From NCBI GenBank assembly GCA_002419005.1, contig DIFF01000012.1, positions 244,241 through 308,240 of the forward strand: a stretch of 64,000 nucleotides of DNA. The letters are read 5' to 3'. Positions 1 through 9,458 of the stretch are shown piece by piece. Under the pieces are notes generated by a model. That model had not been told where the DNA came from, did no database searches, and worked only from the letters and a program-made list of their open reading frames with translations. The stretch's first letter is position 1; every line of letters starts with the position of its first letter. The DNA comes from Peptococcaceae bacterium UBA5755 (GTDB lineage: Bacteria; Bacillota; Dehalobacteriia; UBA4068; UBA5755). The position numbers and the translations under genes are program-made.

Positions 1-1271
1 GAGCTGCTACCGATACCTTTGTGGAATATCAGTATCAAAAATCCTTCTATAATCTAGTACAAAGCATGGAAAATCTTTCAGTTTTAACTTCCAAGGCCCA
101 GGTTTCCAACAGCATCGCTAATAGCATCAGCCTTTATTCCGATATTTGGTGGCAGGCTAATTTTGCAACCGAAAATTTGAGCAATCTTTCCTTAACCCAC
201 AATACTCTTTCCCGTACTGCCACATTTTTAAATCAGCTGGCGGATTTCGCCTACACGATCCAAAAAAAATTGGCCGATAACACCCTGCCCAGCCAAGAAG
301 ATCTTGCCACCATGAAAGAACTAAACAAGGAAATAATCGAAGTGTGCAATGACTTGCATCAATTAGAAACTAAAATAAATGCCGGAGAGATAAAACTTTA
401 CGACAAAAAAGTAGCCAGCAAAAAAATGGAAGAGGACACAGCAGACGCCACCTTGCAGGGAAGCTTTGATAAAATGAATGAAAAGGCTATGGATTATCCA
501 ACCCTTATTTACGACGGTCCCTTTTCCGACCACATGGAAAACCAAAAACCAAAAGATTTGACCGGAAACAAAATAAGTGAGACAGAGGCCGACAAAATAG
601 CCAAGGAAATTTCTGCACTAGCTAATAATGGTGAAGAAATCTCGCTGGAGCGGGCCAAAGAAATAACTGCCAAAGCTACTATTCCTGTTTACGGCTTTAC
701 CAAAGATGACGAAGATGGTTATTGCCAAATAGATATAAGCGAAACAGGCGGTCATTTGGTGTTACTTTTAAACTCCCGCCAACCCCAAGAAGCAAAAATA
801 GACCAGGCAAAAGCAATTCAGCTAGCCAATGAGTTTTTAACTAAAGTAGGTTATGAAAACATGGCTTCCACCTATATCAGCAAACAAGAAAACGCCCTAA
901 CCATAGCCTTTGCTTACAAACAGGATGACATTACAATTTATCCAGACCAAATAAAAGTAAAAATAGCTTTGGATAACGGTCAAATTTTGGGTTGTGAAGC
1001 CACAAGCTATCTGATGAATCACACTAATAGAACACTTGCTGCGCCAACTTTAACTATGAGTGAAGCCCAAGCAATGATCAGCACTAATTTGGCTATCGAC
1101 AACAAATCACTCGTCCTCATTCCTACCAAAAGCGGGGGCGAAAAACTTTGTTATGAATTTAAAGGAATGCACGATGAAAATATTTATTTTGTATATATTA
1201 ATGCAGATACCGGTAAAGAAGAAGAGATTTTGCAACTGATTGAAACAGAAAATGGCCAGTTGACTATGTAA
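1..1271 (+). CDS. ypeB: Germination protein YpeB, 5' truncated at window edge (frame open from nt 3). PepSY-like C-terminal repeats.
   Basis: The frame is open to the window start. The C-terminal region (KIALDNGQILGCEATSYLM... and YEFKGMHDENIYFVYINADTGKEEEIL) resembles PepSY repeats of YpeB. It is the only plus-strand gene in the window. Confidence 0.55.
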   Translation, partial: AATDTFVEYQYQKSFYNLVQSMENLSVLTSKAQVSNSIANSISLYSDIWWQANFATENLSNLSLTHNTLSRTATFLNQLADFAYTIQKKLADNTLPSQEDLATMKELNKEIIEVCNDLHQLETKINAGEIKLYDKKVASKKMEEDTADATLQGSFDKMNEKAMDYPTLIYDGPFSDHMENQKPKDLTGNKISETEADKIAKEISALANNGEEISLERAKEITAKATIPVYGFTKDDEDGYCQIDISETGGHLVLLLNSRQPQEAKIDQAKAIQLANEFLTKVGYENMASTYISKQENALTIAFAYKQDDITIYPDQIKVKIALDNGQILGCEATSYLMNHTNRTLAAPTLTMSEAQAMISTNLAIDNKSLVLIPTKSGGEKLCYEFKGMHDENIYFVYINADTGKEEEILQLIETENGQLTM

Positions 1272-1343
1272 AATTTTAAAAATTGAGCAAACAAAAGCCC
1301 GCCTTTTGCCGCACAATAACGGCATCTAGCAGGCTTTTTATTT

Positions 1344-1418
1344 TGGAGCGGGCAAAGAGATTCGAACTCTCGACTTTCACCTTGGCAAGGTGACACTCTA
1401 CCACTGAGTTATACCCGC
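1344..1418 (-). tRNA. tRNA-Gly (anticodon GCC), CCA encoded
   Basis: The reverse complement GCGGGTATAACTCAGTGGTAGAGTGTCACCTTGCCAAGGTGAAAGTCGAGAGTTCGAATCTCTTTGCCCGCTCCA folds as a cloverleaf. The anticodon loop TTGCCAA gives anticodon GCC. The acceptor stem is 7 bp with discriminator U and a CCA end. Confidence 0.9.
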
Positions 1419-1421
1419 AAA

Positions 1422-1497
<76 letters not shown>

Positions 1498-1502
1498 AGT
1501 TT

Positions 1503-1579
1503 TGGCGGAACTGACGGGAATCGAACCCGCGATCTCCGGCGTGACAGGCCGGCATGTTAAACCGCTACACCACAGTTCC
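1503..1579 (-). tRNA. tRNA-Asp (anticodon GUC), CCA encoded
   Basis: The reverse complement GGAACTGTGGTGTAGCGGTTTAACATGCCGGCCTGTCACGCCGGAGATCGCGGGTTCGATTCCCGTCAGTTCCGCCA has anticodon stem CCGGC/GCCGG and loop CTGTCAC (GTC). The acceptor is GGAACTG/CAGTTCC, followed by G and CCA. Confidence 0.85.
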
Positions 1580-1582
1580 GCA

Positions 1583-1658
<76 letters not shown>

Positions 1659-1748
1659 TTAAAAAACTAACACTGCTTTGGCAAAAATAAACCAGGACAT
1701 CTATACAAAAGCTGGGGTTTTGTCGCACCCTTTATAAAACGCTTTATC

Positions 1749-1778
1749 ATTATAACCAATGAGTTATTTTTTGTCAAT
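1749..1778 (-). promoter_or_regulatory. Consensus sigma-A type promoter for the 4-tRNA operon: TTGACA, 18 nt spacer, TATAAT
   Basis: The minus strand reads TTGACAaaaaaataactcattggtTATAATgataaagc. This lies about 80 nt upstream of tRNA-Val, in the AT-rich gap downstream of ctpB. Confidence 0.55.
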
Positions 1779-1855
1779 ACCAATAAAGACAAATAAAATT
1801 TTTTCAAACAACATAAAAATATAAATTAAAATAGTTTTTTTACTTATTTTTATTA

Positions 1856-3334
1856 TTAATTTTTAATTACTATGCTTTTACTTTCGCCATACCAATTTAC
1901 CGTATAGCCCAAATATTCACCAAAAAACCGTAAAGGAACAAGGATGGAGCCAGCCTGATTTATGGAGGTGGCAACAGCTGTTTCGCCGTTTACTTCTATA
2001 GTGTTGTTTCTGGTGTTTATTGTTATCTGCTTACCAATCGTATACACATAAGCTTTGCCGTCTTGCCAATTCACCCAGGCTCCCATGGCACTGGCAATGG
2101 CCCGTAAAGGCACATAGGTACTGCCTCCTTTAATAATTGGGGCAACCGGCATTTGCGCTTTGCCATAGCTACTCAAAATGCCTTTATCATCAATACTTAA
2201 ACTGACAGTGTTTTTTGTTATGGCTTCGCGGCAAAGACAAATGGCAATTTCCAATTGTTTTTCCGTGTTACTTATATTTATGTCGGGGTAAATGCCTTGC
2301 ATGGCCTGAATATTCTGGTAGCCTCTGGTAAAAACCTGAGCAGTAGTAAGCTTAACCCCGGCTCCGCTGGGCAAATAATAAATAGACTGCATAATACCCT
2401 TACCATAGGTTTTGGTACCAATAATGGTAGTTTGGTGGGCATCCTGCATGCTGCCGGTAAAAAGCTCCGCCGCACTGGCCGAGCCACCGTCCACCAATAT
2501 CACAATCGGCAGATCATAATATTCGTTATCCACCTCAAAGTAATAGTTTTGATAATTCCCCTGGCGAATATAAATAGCAACGCCTTCCGGCAAAAAAAGA
2601 TCAAGTGCTTCAACCAAAACATCTACAATGCCGCCCGGACAACCCCGCAGATCTAAAACCAGGCTTTTAGCCCCCTGAGCTTGCAAATCAGCCACATTTT
2701 TCTCAATCTCATCAATCAAATAATTATCAAAACTAACTATTCGCAAATAGCCAATACCCTCTTCTAGCATTTCATAAGTTGTGGAAGGCACATGAAAATA
2801 ATCCATAACTATATCAAAGCTCTGTTTTGTACCGTTTCTTTCCACTGTAACATTAATGCGGCGACCCAAAAAAGGTATTAAAAGACTTTTTGCCTCTACC
2901 TCTGTTTTACCAACTATCGAGGTATTGTCAACAGCAACAATAATATCGCTCACTTTAATACCTGCTGCTTCAGCCGGAGAATCGGGGATTACCCCCACAA
3001 CCTGCATCTGACCATCATCATTAAAATAATATTGAATACCAATACCGATATCATCACCTTCAACACTGCTCAGCAAAATTTTCATTTCATCAGCAGTATA
3101 ATATTCGGAATATTTGTCTCCCAAAGCCTTAACCATTGCTTCCGGATCCGTCATGTACAAAATGTCCGGATCATAGGTAAAGTAGTAATAATATTTTATG
3201 TACAAACCCAAAACTTCCGGGTCGCCCCACACATATTCCTCTTCTGCTGCTTCGGCCTCAAAAGAAAAGCCTATGATTAAAACAAAGGCTAAAAGAAAAA
3301 CTAACAAAATTTTATATTTTCTAAAGGATTTCAC
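1856..3334 (-). CDS. ctpB: C-terminal processing (tail-specific) peptidase, S41 family (CtpA/CtpB-like). It has a signal peptide, a PDZ domain and a C-terminal Cu-amine-oxidase-N (stalk) domain. GTG start.
   Basis: A 492 aa ORF. The N-terminus MKSFRKYKILLVFLLAF is a signal peptide. The S41 core region carries GLRIVSFDNY, DLRGCPGGIVD and DGGSASAAELF. The C-terminus has VPLRAIA and VPLRFFGEYLG stalk repeats. Confidence 0.8.
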   Translation of the reverse strand: MKSFRKYKILLVFLLAFVLIIGFSFEAEAAEEEYVWGDPEVLGLYIKYYYYFTYDPDILYMTDPEAMVKALGDKYSEYYTADEMKILLSSVEGDDIGIGIQYYFNDDGQMQVVGVIPDSPAEAAGIKVSDIIVAVDNTSIVGKTEVEAKSLLIPFLGRRINVTVERNGTKQSFDIVMDYFHVPSTTYEMLEEGIGYLRIVSFDNYLIDEIEKNVADLQAQGAKSLVLDLRGCPGGIVDVLVEALDLFLPEGVAIYIRQGNYQNYYFEVDNEYYDLPIVILVDGGSASAAELFTGSMQDAHQTTIIGTKTYGKGIMQSIYYLPSGAGVKLTTAQVFTRGYQNIQAMQGIYPDINISNTEKQLEIAICLCREAITKNTVSLSIDDKGILSSYGKAQMPVAPIIKGGSTYVPLRAIASAMGAWVNWQDGKAYVYTIGKQITINTRNNTIEVNGETAVATSINQAGSILVPLRFFGEYLGYTVNWYGESKSIVIKN

Positions 3335-3973
3335 CTATTTATCACTCACTTTTTTTTTAGGACACATAGAATTTAAAATACATTCTTCACAAGCTGGCCT
3401 TTGGGCTTTACACACTCGCCTCCCGTGCCAAATCAGCCAATGGTGGGCATCTTTCCACCACTTTTCAGGAATTATTCGGCAAAGGTCTTTTTCTACCTCA
3501 TCCGGTGTGGTAGCAATTGAAAAACCCAATCGGTTAGCCACTCTTAACACATGGGTATCCACTGCCAAGGCAGGCAGACCAAACCCAACACTCAAAACCA
3601 CATTGGCTGTTTTGCGGCCCACACCAGGCAAACGCATCAGCTCTCCCCTGGTTTTTGGCACCTCACCGCCAAATTCTTTAAGCAGCATTTTGCTTGCTGC
3701 AACAATGTTTTTTGCTTTGTTTTTGTATAGACCACAGGTTTTTATGTATTGTTCCAGCTCCTCCGGCTGTAAACCGGCCATAGCCTCCGGCGTACCAAAC
3801 AAAGAAAAAAGCTTTTCCGTAGCCTTGTTCACCTGGTTGTCGTTGGTTTGAGCAGAAAGCATCACCGCCACCAATAACTGATAAACATCAGCAAATTTTA
3901 AAGCAGAGCGAACACCAGCATATTCTGTTCTCAAGACCTTTATAATAGCTTTTTGTCTTGCTGTTTCTGTCAT
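3335..3973 (-). CDS. nth: Endonuclease III (Nth), DNA glycosylase/AP lyase with a C-terminal 4Fe-4S Cys cluster. The likely start is the internal ATG (MTETARQK).
   Basis: It has the HhH-GPD motif LPGVGRKTANVVL and a C-terminal C-x6-C-x2-C-x5-C cluster (CKAQRPACEECILNSMC). Its stop abuts the ctpB GTG start. Confidence 0.85.
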   Translation of the reverse strand: MTETARQKAIIKVLRTEYAGVRSALKFADVYQLLVAVMLSAQTNDNQVNKATEKLFSLFGTPEAMAGLQPEELEQYIKTCGLYKNKAKNIVAASKMLLKEFGGEVPKTRGELMRLPGVGRKTANVVLSVGFGLPALAVDTHVLRVANRLGFSIATTPDEVEKDLCRIIPEKWWKDAHHWLIWHGRRVCKAQRPACEECILNSMCPKKKVSDK

Positions 3974-4074
3974 GTTTTCACCACAAATCAAAATCCCTTG
4001 TTTACTTGAATTAAAATTCTCTACAAAATAGGCAATTCCTTTTCAACAAAAATTTTTGTTAATATTAAAATAAT

Positions 4075-4106
4075 AAAAAAAGCCCCTGGCTGGGGCTTTT
4101 TTTATT
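4075..4106. terminator. Bidirectional rho-independent terminator: GCCCC-TGGCT-GGGGC flanked by A7 and T7
   Basis: The sequence is aaaaaaaGCCCCtggctGGGGCttttttt. It sits immediately downstream of the minus-strand CotF-like gene. Confidence 0.6.
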
Positions 4107-4111
4107 TTAAA

Positions 4112-4375
4112 TTACTGGTTAATACTTTGAGAAAGCTGATCAGCCTTGTTTTTAGCACTAGAGATTTTTTGGGCATCGGCAGCTTGTACCGAATACCAAC
4201 CCTTCTGGTTCATAATATTAAATATATCATGGTTTGCTCTCATCTCATCCTGACAAATTTTCATAGTGTCAGAAAGAAGCTCGCTACAAACAAGCTCCGT
4301 AGAAATCTGGGCATAGGTACCCACCAAATGTTTTTGATCTTTTAGACAATCCCAGGAAAGCATTTTATCATCCAT
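4112..4375 (-). CDS. Spore coat protein, Coat F domain (CotF-like C-terminal half)
   Basis: The 87 aa protein has Coat_F-type repeats (LKDQKHLVGTYAQISTE...CQDEMRANHDIFNIMNQKGWY). The GWY motif is typical of CotF family proteins. Confidence 0.55.
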   Translation of the reverse strand: MDDKMLSWDCLKDQKHLVGTYAQISTELVCSELLSDTMKICQDEMRANHDIFNIMNQKGWYSVQAADAQKISSAKNKADQLSQSINQ

Positions 4376-4391
4376 TTTTATTCCCCCTTTT

Positions 4392-4580
4392 TTAGCTTAA
4401 ATGCTGTTTTAATGTGTCAAAATGATTTTGATGCAGTTGACTAATGGAAGAAAGGGCATTACGCAATTCCGCATCACTTGCCTGTGCAGAAGCATCTTTA
4501 AACTTTTTTACTTCTTTTTCTTCAATTTCCAAGCAATCACTGATATACATCAGTTCCTTTTCTGTAAGTTGTTTTGCCAT
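4392..4580 (-). CDS. Small spore coat protein, Coat F domain (CotF-like N-terminal half). Good RBS: AAAGGAGG, 7 nt spacer, ATG.
   Basis: The 62 aa protein LTEKELMYISDCLEIEEKEVKKFKDASAQASDAELRNALSSISQLHQNHFDTLKQHL fits the Coat_F helical pattern. It sits 16 nt upstream of the second Coat_F gene. Confidence 0.5.
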   Translation of the reverse strand: MAKQLTEKELMYISDCLEIEEKEVKKFKDASAQASDAELRNALSSISQLHQNHFDTLKQHLS

Positions 4581-4714
4581 TGTTTTTCCTCCTTTGTTTT
4601 AAAAGTTTTTGCATATTTATTGTGGCAAAAATTTCCCTTTTATATACCTAAATATTGCTAAAAAATAAAAAAATTATAAACGGCGGCCATCCTAAAAAAA
4701 TTCCAAATAAATTT

Positions 4715-4743
4715 AAAAAAGAGAGCTTTTTGCTCTCTTTTTT
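4715..4743. terminator. Bidirectional rho-independent terminator: aaaaaaGAGAGCtttttGCTCTCtttttt
   Basis: A perfect 6 bp stem with a 5 nt loop, flanked by A6 and T6. It lies directly after the DUF1540 gene stop. Confidence 0.6.
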
Positions 4744-4747
4744 AAAT

Positions 4748-4897
4748 TTATGCATTAGGTTTAAAGGTTTTGCACGCAGTATCATCTGCCGTACTTACAC
4801 TCATGCTCCCGCTCGAAGCCACATCTATGGAGCTTGCGGTACAAGAGTTGCCGCTATTATATTGACATTCTTCAACTACACATTTAATTTTATTCAT
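4748..4897 (-). CDS. DUF1540 family small Cys-rich protein (sporulation-associated). Start at the internal ATG with RBS AGGAGGTG.
   Basis: The protein MNKIKCVVEECQYNSGNSCTASSIDVASS...TACKTF carries a DUF1540-like C-x4-C...C signature. The RBS AGGAGGTGgcgaaATG lies upstream. The upstream 22 codons of the track ORF lack an RBS. Confidence 0.55.
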   Translation of the reverse strand: MNKIKCVVEECQYNSGNSCTASSIDVASSGSMSVSTADDTACKTFKPNA

Positions 4898-4966
4898 TTC
4901 GCCACCTCCTTTTTGTTTAGTTTGCCCGTTTAGGAGGCGTTTATAAATGGATATTTCTGCCATTTT

Positions 4967-5644
4967 TTATAAAATATATTTTTCTCCCGGAGCCAACACC
5001 ACACATTTACTTTGGGTTTGTGCTTCCACCTTTGTTTTAAAAAGCTTGGCATTCTGCTGAATTACAGGGAAAGTATTGTAATGAATAGGCACCACATATT
5101 GCGGGTTCAGCCAAGTAGTGGCCAAAAGAGCATCCTTTGGCCCCATAGTAAAGTTATCACCAATTGGCAAAAAAGCAACTTCAATATCCTCCAAGCCAAT
5201 CACCGTTGCCATATCACCAAAAAGTCCTGTGTCCCCCGCATGATAAAAACACTTTCCACAAAGCCAAAAAAGAAAGCCGGTTGCCACACCCAAGCTACGT
5301 CCATCTTCCAAGCAAGAAGTGTGCAAAGCCGTGGTCATCTTCACTTTAAAGCCATCAGCAAAGGTGTAGGTTCCACCAATATTCATGGAGTGGGTTTTGA
5401 CACCAAAATCACTAAGATATATGGCTAAATCGTTATTGGCGACAATTGTGGATCCATTGTTTTTTGCTATTTGGACGGCATCGGCCAAATGATCATCATG
5501 TGCATGCGTAAGCAAAATATAATCTGCTACAAGCTTGTCCGCCTTATCAACAGCCAGCAAATTGTGAGTAAGAAAGGGGTCTATTAAAATATTTTTTTCT
5601 CCCTTTACTTGCACCCCAGCATGTCCCAAAAATTTAATCTCCAA
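4967..5644 (-). CDS. UPF0173 metal-dependent hydrolase (metallo-beta-lactamase fold). TTG start after RBS AAAGGAG.
   Basis: It has the LTHAHDDHL MBL motif. Its length and organisation are typical of the YtkL/UPF0173 family. AAAGGAG is followed by a 9 nt spacer and TTG. Confidence 0.7.
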   Translation of the reverse strand: MEIKFLGHAGVQVKGEKNILIDPFLTHNLLAVDKADKLVADYILLTHAHDDHLADAVQIAKNNGSTIVANNDLAIYLSDFGVKTHSMNIGGTYTFADGFKVKMTTALHTSCLEDGRSLGVATGFLFWLCGKCFYHAGDTGLFGDMATVIGLEDIEVAFLPIGDNFTMGPKDALLATTWLNPQYVVPIHYNTFPVIQQNAKLFKTKVEAQTQSKCVVLAPGEKYIL

Positions 5645-5658
5645 TACCTCCAACTCCT

Positions 5659-5850
5659 TTAACAGGTAATTATTAGTCCCATGACCATAAGAAACAAAAC
5701 CAGCATAACCAAAAAACTCGGCACAAATACAGCATAAAGAAACAATATGCAGGTAGCCGCAATAAAAAGCTGCCGGCAGTTTGGCCTTTTAAAAGGAGCT
5801 CCCCGATAATTGCGAAAACAGTTTCGCCAGCCACCTCTCATACCCTGCAT
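5659..5850 (-). CDS. Hypothetical small protein: basic Cys-containing N-terminus plus one C-terminal transmembrane helix
   Basis: A 63 aa ORF with RBS AAGGGG, 8 nt spacer and ATG. The C-terminal segment LFIAATCILFLYAVFVPSFLVMLVLFLMVMGLII is hydrophobic. No family is recognised. Confidence 0.25.
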   Translation of the reverse strand: MQGMRGGWRNCFRNYRGAPFKRPNCRQLFIAATCILFLYAVFVPSFLVMLVLFLMVMGLIITC

Positions 5851-5921
5851 AATAACAGCCCCTTAAAAGCTCTTTGTTGCTCTCATATTATGCTTTGGGG
5901 TAAAAATGGTGTCTGTCTTTT

Positions 5922-8900
5922 TTATTTTATTTCTACAATGCGCCCATTAGCCAAAAAATAAACATAACAAGCAGCTACCGGTTGCCGCCAAATATCCTGC
6001 AACCCTTTTTTATACCAGCCAAGCTGCGTACCAAAACGAACATTCACTTCTGCATCGGTTTCTTCTCTGTCCCAACCTGTCTTATAATCCACAATAAACC
6101 AATTTTCTCCTTCTTTAAAAGCTAAGTCAATGGTCCCCTGTAAAAGCAGCTTTTCCTCCGACTCAACCTCCTCATATATCTCTTTGGCAGGCACCGCATA
6201 AATAAACGGCAATTCCCTTACCACTTCTTTGGCCTGCAAAACCCTTTGCCCCAAGGGGCTTAAAAAAAAGCCGGTCAAAGCATCAATATCCAAAAGCTCC
6301 ATCTGCTCTTTGGTAAGGCCAAAAGAAGCCACTTGCTGACCAATAGAATTAACATCTTTAATATCGGTTAAAGACAATTTTTGTAATACATAGTGAATTA
6401 ATGTACCTTTTTGGGCGGCCGCAAAAGGAGAATCTGCCGGAAGCGGTGTTTCCTTGGCCGACTTATCCACGGCAAATGCTTCATCTTGTGAGGCAAAAGC
6501 AAGTTTTTGTAAATCTGTAATGGTCCATTTGGCGGCAATCTGGCTTAAATTTTGCTGAGGATACTGCCAGGAAAGCCTCCTTGCCACTTCCGCATCCGGC
6601 GGCAAATTAGCAATTTTTTGTCCTTGCACAACCGCCCGTTGCCATGGTTCCAGCTCGCCAGATAAAATCTCTTTTGTTTGCTCAATGCGACTGTCAACAA
6701 TGTTTATTTGCCAGCTGCTTTTTTCTTTTTCCCAATCATCCAAACAAACAGAACCGGTAAAATCCGCATATTCCCGCAAAACGCGTCCATCCGGGTGCCG
6801 CAGCAACACTAATAAAAGCCAATCCAAAAAACTGCGGGCTTTAGCAATATCTGCCGGCAAAAGGCGTCTTCCCTGTGTGTTTGCTGCATCAGACCACTTC
6901 GTTAAATCTTTAGCCAAGTCTGGCTTTGAACCAAGCAAAATCAACCTTTGGCTGGCCCTAGTAAGTGCCACATAAAGCACACGCATCTCTTCCGCCATGT
7001 TTTCCGCTGCCAAAACCTTGGCTATCACATTGTGGGCTAAGCTAGGGTATTTATAGCGGGCAGTCAAATCAACCTGCAAAAGGCCAATACCAAAATCATT
7101 ATGCAAAAGCATGTCCCCTTTGCGGTCACTAATATTAAAAGGCTGAGCCAACCCAGCCACAAAAACCACCGGAAACTCCAATCCCTTGCTTTGGTGCACG
7201 CTCATAATCCGCACCACATCTTCATTTTCTCCCAAAATACGGGCTGTTCCCAAGTCTCTGCCGCTTTCTAAAACTCTTGCTAAAAACCGCAAAAACCTAA
7301 ACAACCCCCGATAAGAAGATAATTCATATTCTCTCGCTTGTTCTAAAAGAAAGTTCAGGTTGGCCTGCTTTTGCCAGCCACCCGGTAATGAACCAACCAT
7401 TTGATAATACCCTGTTTTTTGATATATATCCCAAATTAAATGAGATATGCGGCTGCTTTTGGCCATTTCCCGCCAATGCAGCAAATTAGTCAAAAAAACC
7501 TTAGCTTTTTCATCTTTTTGGGCGGCAACAAGCAAAGCATCAAAAAACTCACCCTCACCGGCTAAACGCATTTGCGCCAGTTCCCCCCAGCTAAAGCCAA
7601 ACATTGGGGAATGCAAAACGGCAGCAAGGGGAATATCCTGTCTGGGGTTGTCTATCACTTGCAGCAAAGAAACGATGGTGGTTATCTCAAAAGCTTCAAA
7701 ATAGCCTCCTCTGGCCTGAGCAAAACAAGGAATCGCAGCTTTATTAAGCTCCTCGGCAAAAATACCGGCCTTGTTGTGGGCAGAACGCAGCAAAATAACC
7801 ATATCCTTATAAGCCACGCCTTCTGCTGCCAACTCTTTAATGCGCTTGGCAATTAGCCTCGCCTCAAAAACAGGGGCTTTTATGTTTTCACCCTCGGATT
7901 CAGCATCCTGTTCCTCCACGGCTGCCAAATCCGTCAAAAAAACCTCTATAGGAACCTGTTCCGCTATTTTACCCACCTGCAAATGAGCCTTTTCATCATA
8001 TTCAATCTCGGCCGCAGCCCGGCTCATAATTTGCTCAAAAATGTAATTAACACCATAAACAATCCCAGGTTGACTGCGAAAATTACTGTTTAAATCTATT
8101 TTTACACTATTTTCTTCAGTTTCATAGCTAGCATATTTATGCAAAAACAAGGTGGGGTCGGCCTGACGAAAACGGTAAATGCTTTGTTTTACATCACCCA
8201 CCATAAATTTGTTGTTTTCTTTAGCAAGCAAAGACAAAATCTTTTCCTGCACCCGGTTAATATCCTGATATTCATCTACCAACACTTCAGCAAAGCGTTG
8301 CTGCAGCTCTTTAGCCACCATGCCATCATTTTGCTGCAAAAGTTCCAGACAAAAATGTTCCATATCATTAAAATCAATAACTTTTTTTGTTTTTTTGGCT
8401 TGCTGATACAACCTGCCAAAATTTTTCACCACCAAAACAAGTGCTTCTGCCACCGGGCTCACGGCCGCTAAAACCTGGCTCATGTCCTGCATTTTTTGCG
8501 GGCTGCACTCTTGCTGTAATTTTTCTACCTGTTCTTTTGCTTCCTTACGTAAGGATATCAACCTTTCTTTTACAGTAATATCCACATTGGTGTCATCAGC
8601 CCGGTATTGGGGCAGTCTGGCAAATTCAATTGCCGCAAACAAAGTTGGCATTTTCTTCATGCCGCCAACCTTAATGGCTGCAACGGCATTTTTTAAATCA
8701 TCTGCCTCAGTCTGAAAAATCGCCAGATATTTTTCCGGAGCTCCCGGTTCTTTGGCAAGCTCACAGGCTTTGGCCATCGTTTCTGCCGCAAAAGTCAATT
8801 CTGTAAGCACTTGCAAACAAAAAAGCTCCTGCCATTTGCTACCTTCAAAAGGCTCTTTATAATAATCGGCTACTCGAAAAAGCCATTTTTCGGAAGCAGG

Positions 8901-9458
8901 CAGGCTACGGCTAAAACCATAAAGAGCAAGCAGCTGTTTTCTCAGCTTATTATCGTTTCTCTCCCAAGAAAAATGCTCCAACAAAAGCTGCAAAGATGCA
9001 TCATTAGCATCATAAAGCTGCTCCAAAAGTTTGTCCAAAACATCCTCCTGCAGCAAAGCAACTTCCATCTCATCTGCCACTCGGCACTGTGGGTCAATGT
9101 CCAAAAGATAAAAATATTGTTTTACCAAATCCCAACAAAAGGAATGAAGGGTGGTTATTGGCGCCAGCTGCAACAAAGCTAGCTGCCTTTTAACCAACTG
9201 ATTTTGCCCATCTGTGGCTAAAACCTCTTCCAAAGCCTGGCTTAAACGTTGCCGCATTTCTGCCGCTGCCGCATTGGTAAAGGTAACTATCAGCATACGA
9301 TCCACATCTAACGGATTTTGAGCATCACAAATCTTCTGCAGCACCCTTTCAATAAGCACCGCAGTTTTGCCAGAGCCGGCCCCTGCCGCCACCAACATAT
9401 TTTTATTTTTTAAGCCAATAACTCTTTGTTGTTCCGGCGTCCATTGTTTTTTAGTCAT
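5922..9458 (-). CDS. addA: ATP-dependent helicase/nuclease subunit A (AddA): UvrD-like helicase plus C-terminal PD-(D/E)xK nuclease
   Basis: A 1178 aa protein with Walker A GAGSGKT near the N-terminus. Its UvrD/Rep helicase motifs and 4 nt overlap with addB match the canonical addB-addA operon. Confidence 0.9.
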   Translation of the reverse strand: MTKKQWTPEQQRVIGLKNKNMLVAAGAGSGKTAVLIERVLQKICDAQNPLDVDRMLIVTFTNAAAAEMRQRLSQALEEVLATDGQNQLVKRQLALLQLAPITTLHSFCWDLVKQYFYLLDIDPQCRVADEMEVALLQEDVLDKLLEQLYDANDASLQLLLEHFSWERNDNKLRKQLLALYGFSRSLPASEKWLFRVADYYKEPFEGSKWQELFCLQVLTELTFAAETMAKACELAKEPGAPEKYLAIFQTEADDLKNAVAAIKVGGMKKMPTLFAAIEFARLPQYRADDTNVDITVKERLISLRKEAKEQVEKLQQECSPQKMQDMSQVLAAVSPVAEALVLVVKNFGRLYQQAKKTKKVIDFNDMEHFCLELLQQNDGMVAKELQQRFAEVLVDEYQDINRVQEKILSLLAKENNKFMVGDVKQSIYRFRQADPTLFLHKYASYETEENSVKIDLNSNFRSQPGIVYGVNYIFEQIMSRAAAEIEYDEKAHLQVGKIAEQVPIEVFLTDLAAVEEQDAESEGENIKAPVFEARLIAKRIKELAAEGVAYKDMVILLRSAHNKAGIFAEELNKAAIPCFAQARGGYFEAFEITTIVSLLQVIDNPRQDIPLAAVLHSPMFGFSWGELAQMRLAGEGEFFDALLVAAQKDEKAKVFLTNLLHWREMAKSSRISHLIWDIYQKTGYYQMVGSLPGGWQKQANLNFLLEQAREYELSSYRGLFRFLRFLARVLESGRDLGTARILGENEDVVRIMSVHQSKGLEFPVVFVAGLAQPFNISDRKGDMLLHNDFGIGLLQVDLTARYKYPSLAHNVIAKVLAAENMAEEMRVLYVALTRASQRLILLGSKPDLAKDLTKWSDAANTQGRRLLPADIAKARSFLDWLLLVLLRHPDGRVLREYADFTGSVCLDDWEKEKSSWQINIVDSRIEQTKEILSGELEPWQRAVVQGQKIANLPPDAEVARRLSWQYPQQNLSQIAAKWTITDLQKLAFASQDEAFAVDKSAKETPLPADSPFAAAQKGTLIHYVLQKLSLTDIKDVNSIGQQVASFGLTKEQMELLDIDALTGFFLSPLGQRVLQAKEVVRELPFIYAVPAKEIYEEVESEEKLLLQGTIDLAFKEGENWFIVDYKTGWDREETDAEVNVRFGTQLGWYKKGLQDIWRQPVAACYVYFLANGRIVEIK

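Noticed and set aside
3351-3358. T8 homopolymer at the 3' end of nth (and T8 at 33698-33705 in hit)
   Set aside because: These encode ordinary lysine runs (KKK). There is no alternative frame with coding potential, so they are not candidate programmed-slippage sites.
4581-4660. Sporulation-sigma promoter upstream of the split Coat_F pair
   Set aside because: The region is AT-rich, but no convincing sigma-K -10 (CATANNNTA) or sigma-E match was found. Only a weak TTGCCA-N18-TTTTAA sigma-A-like pair is present.
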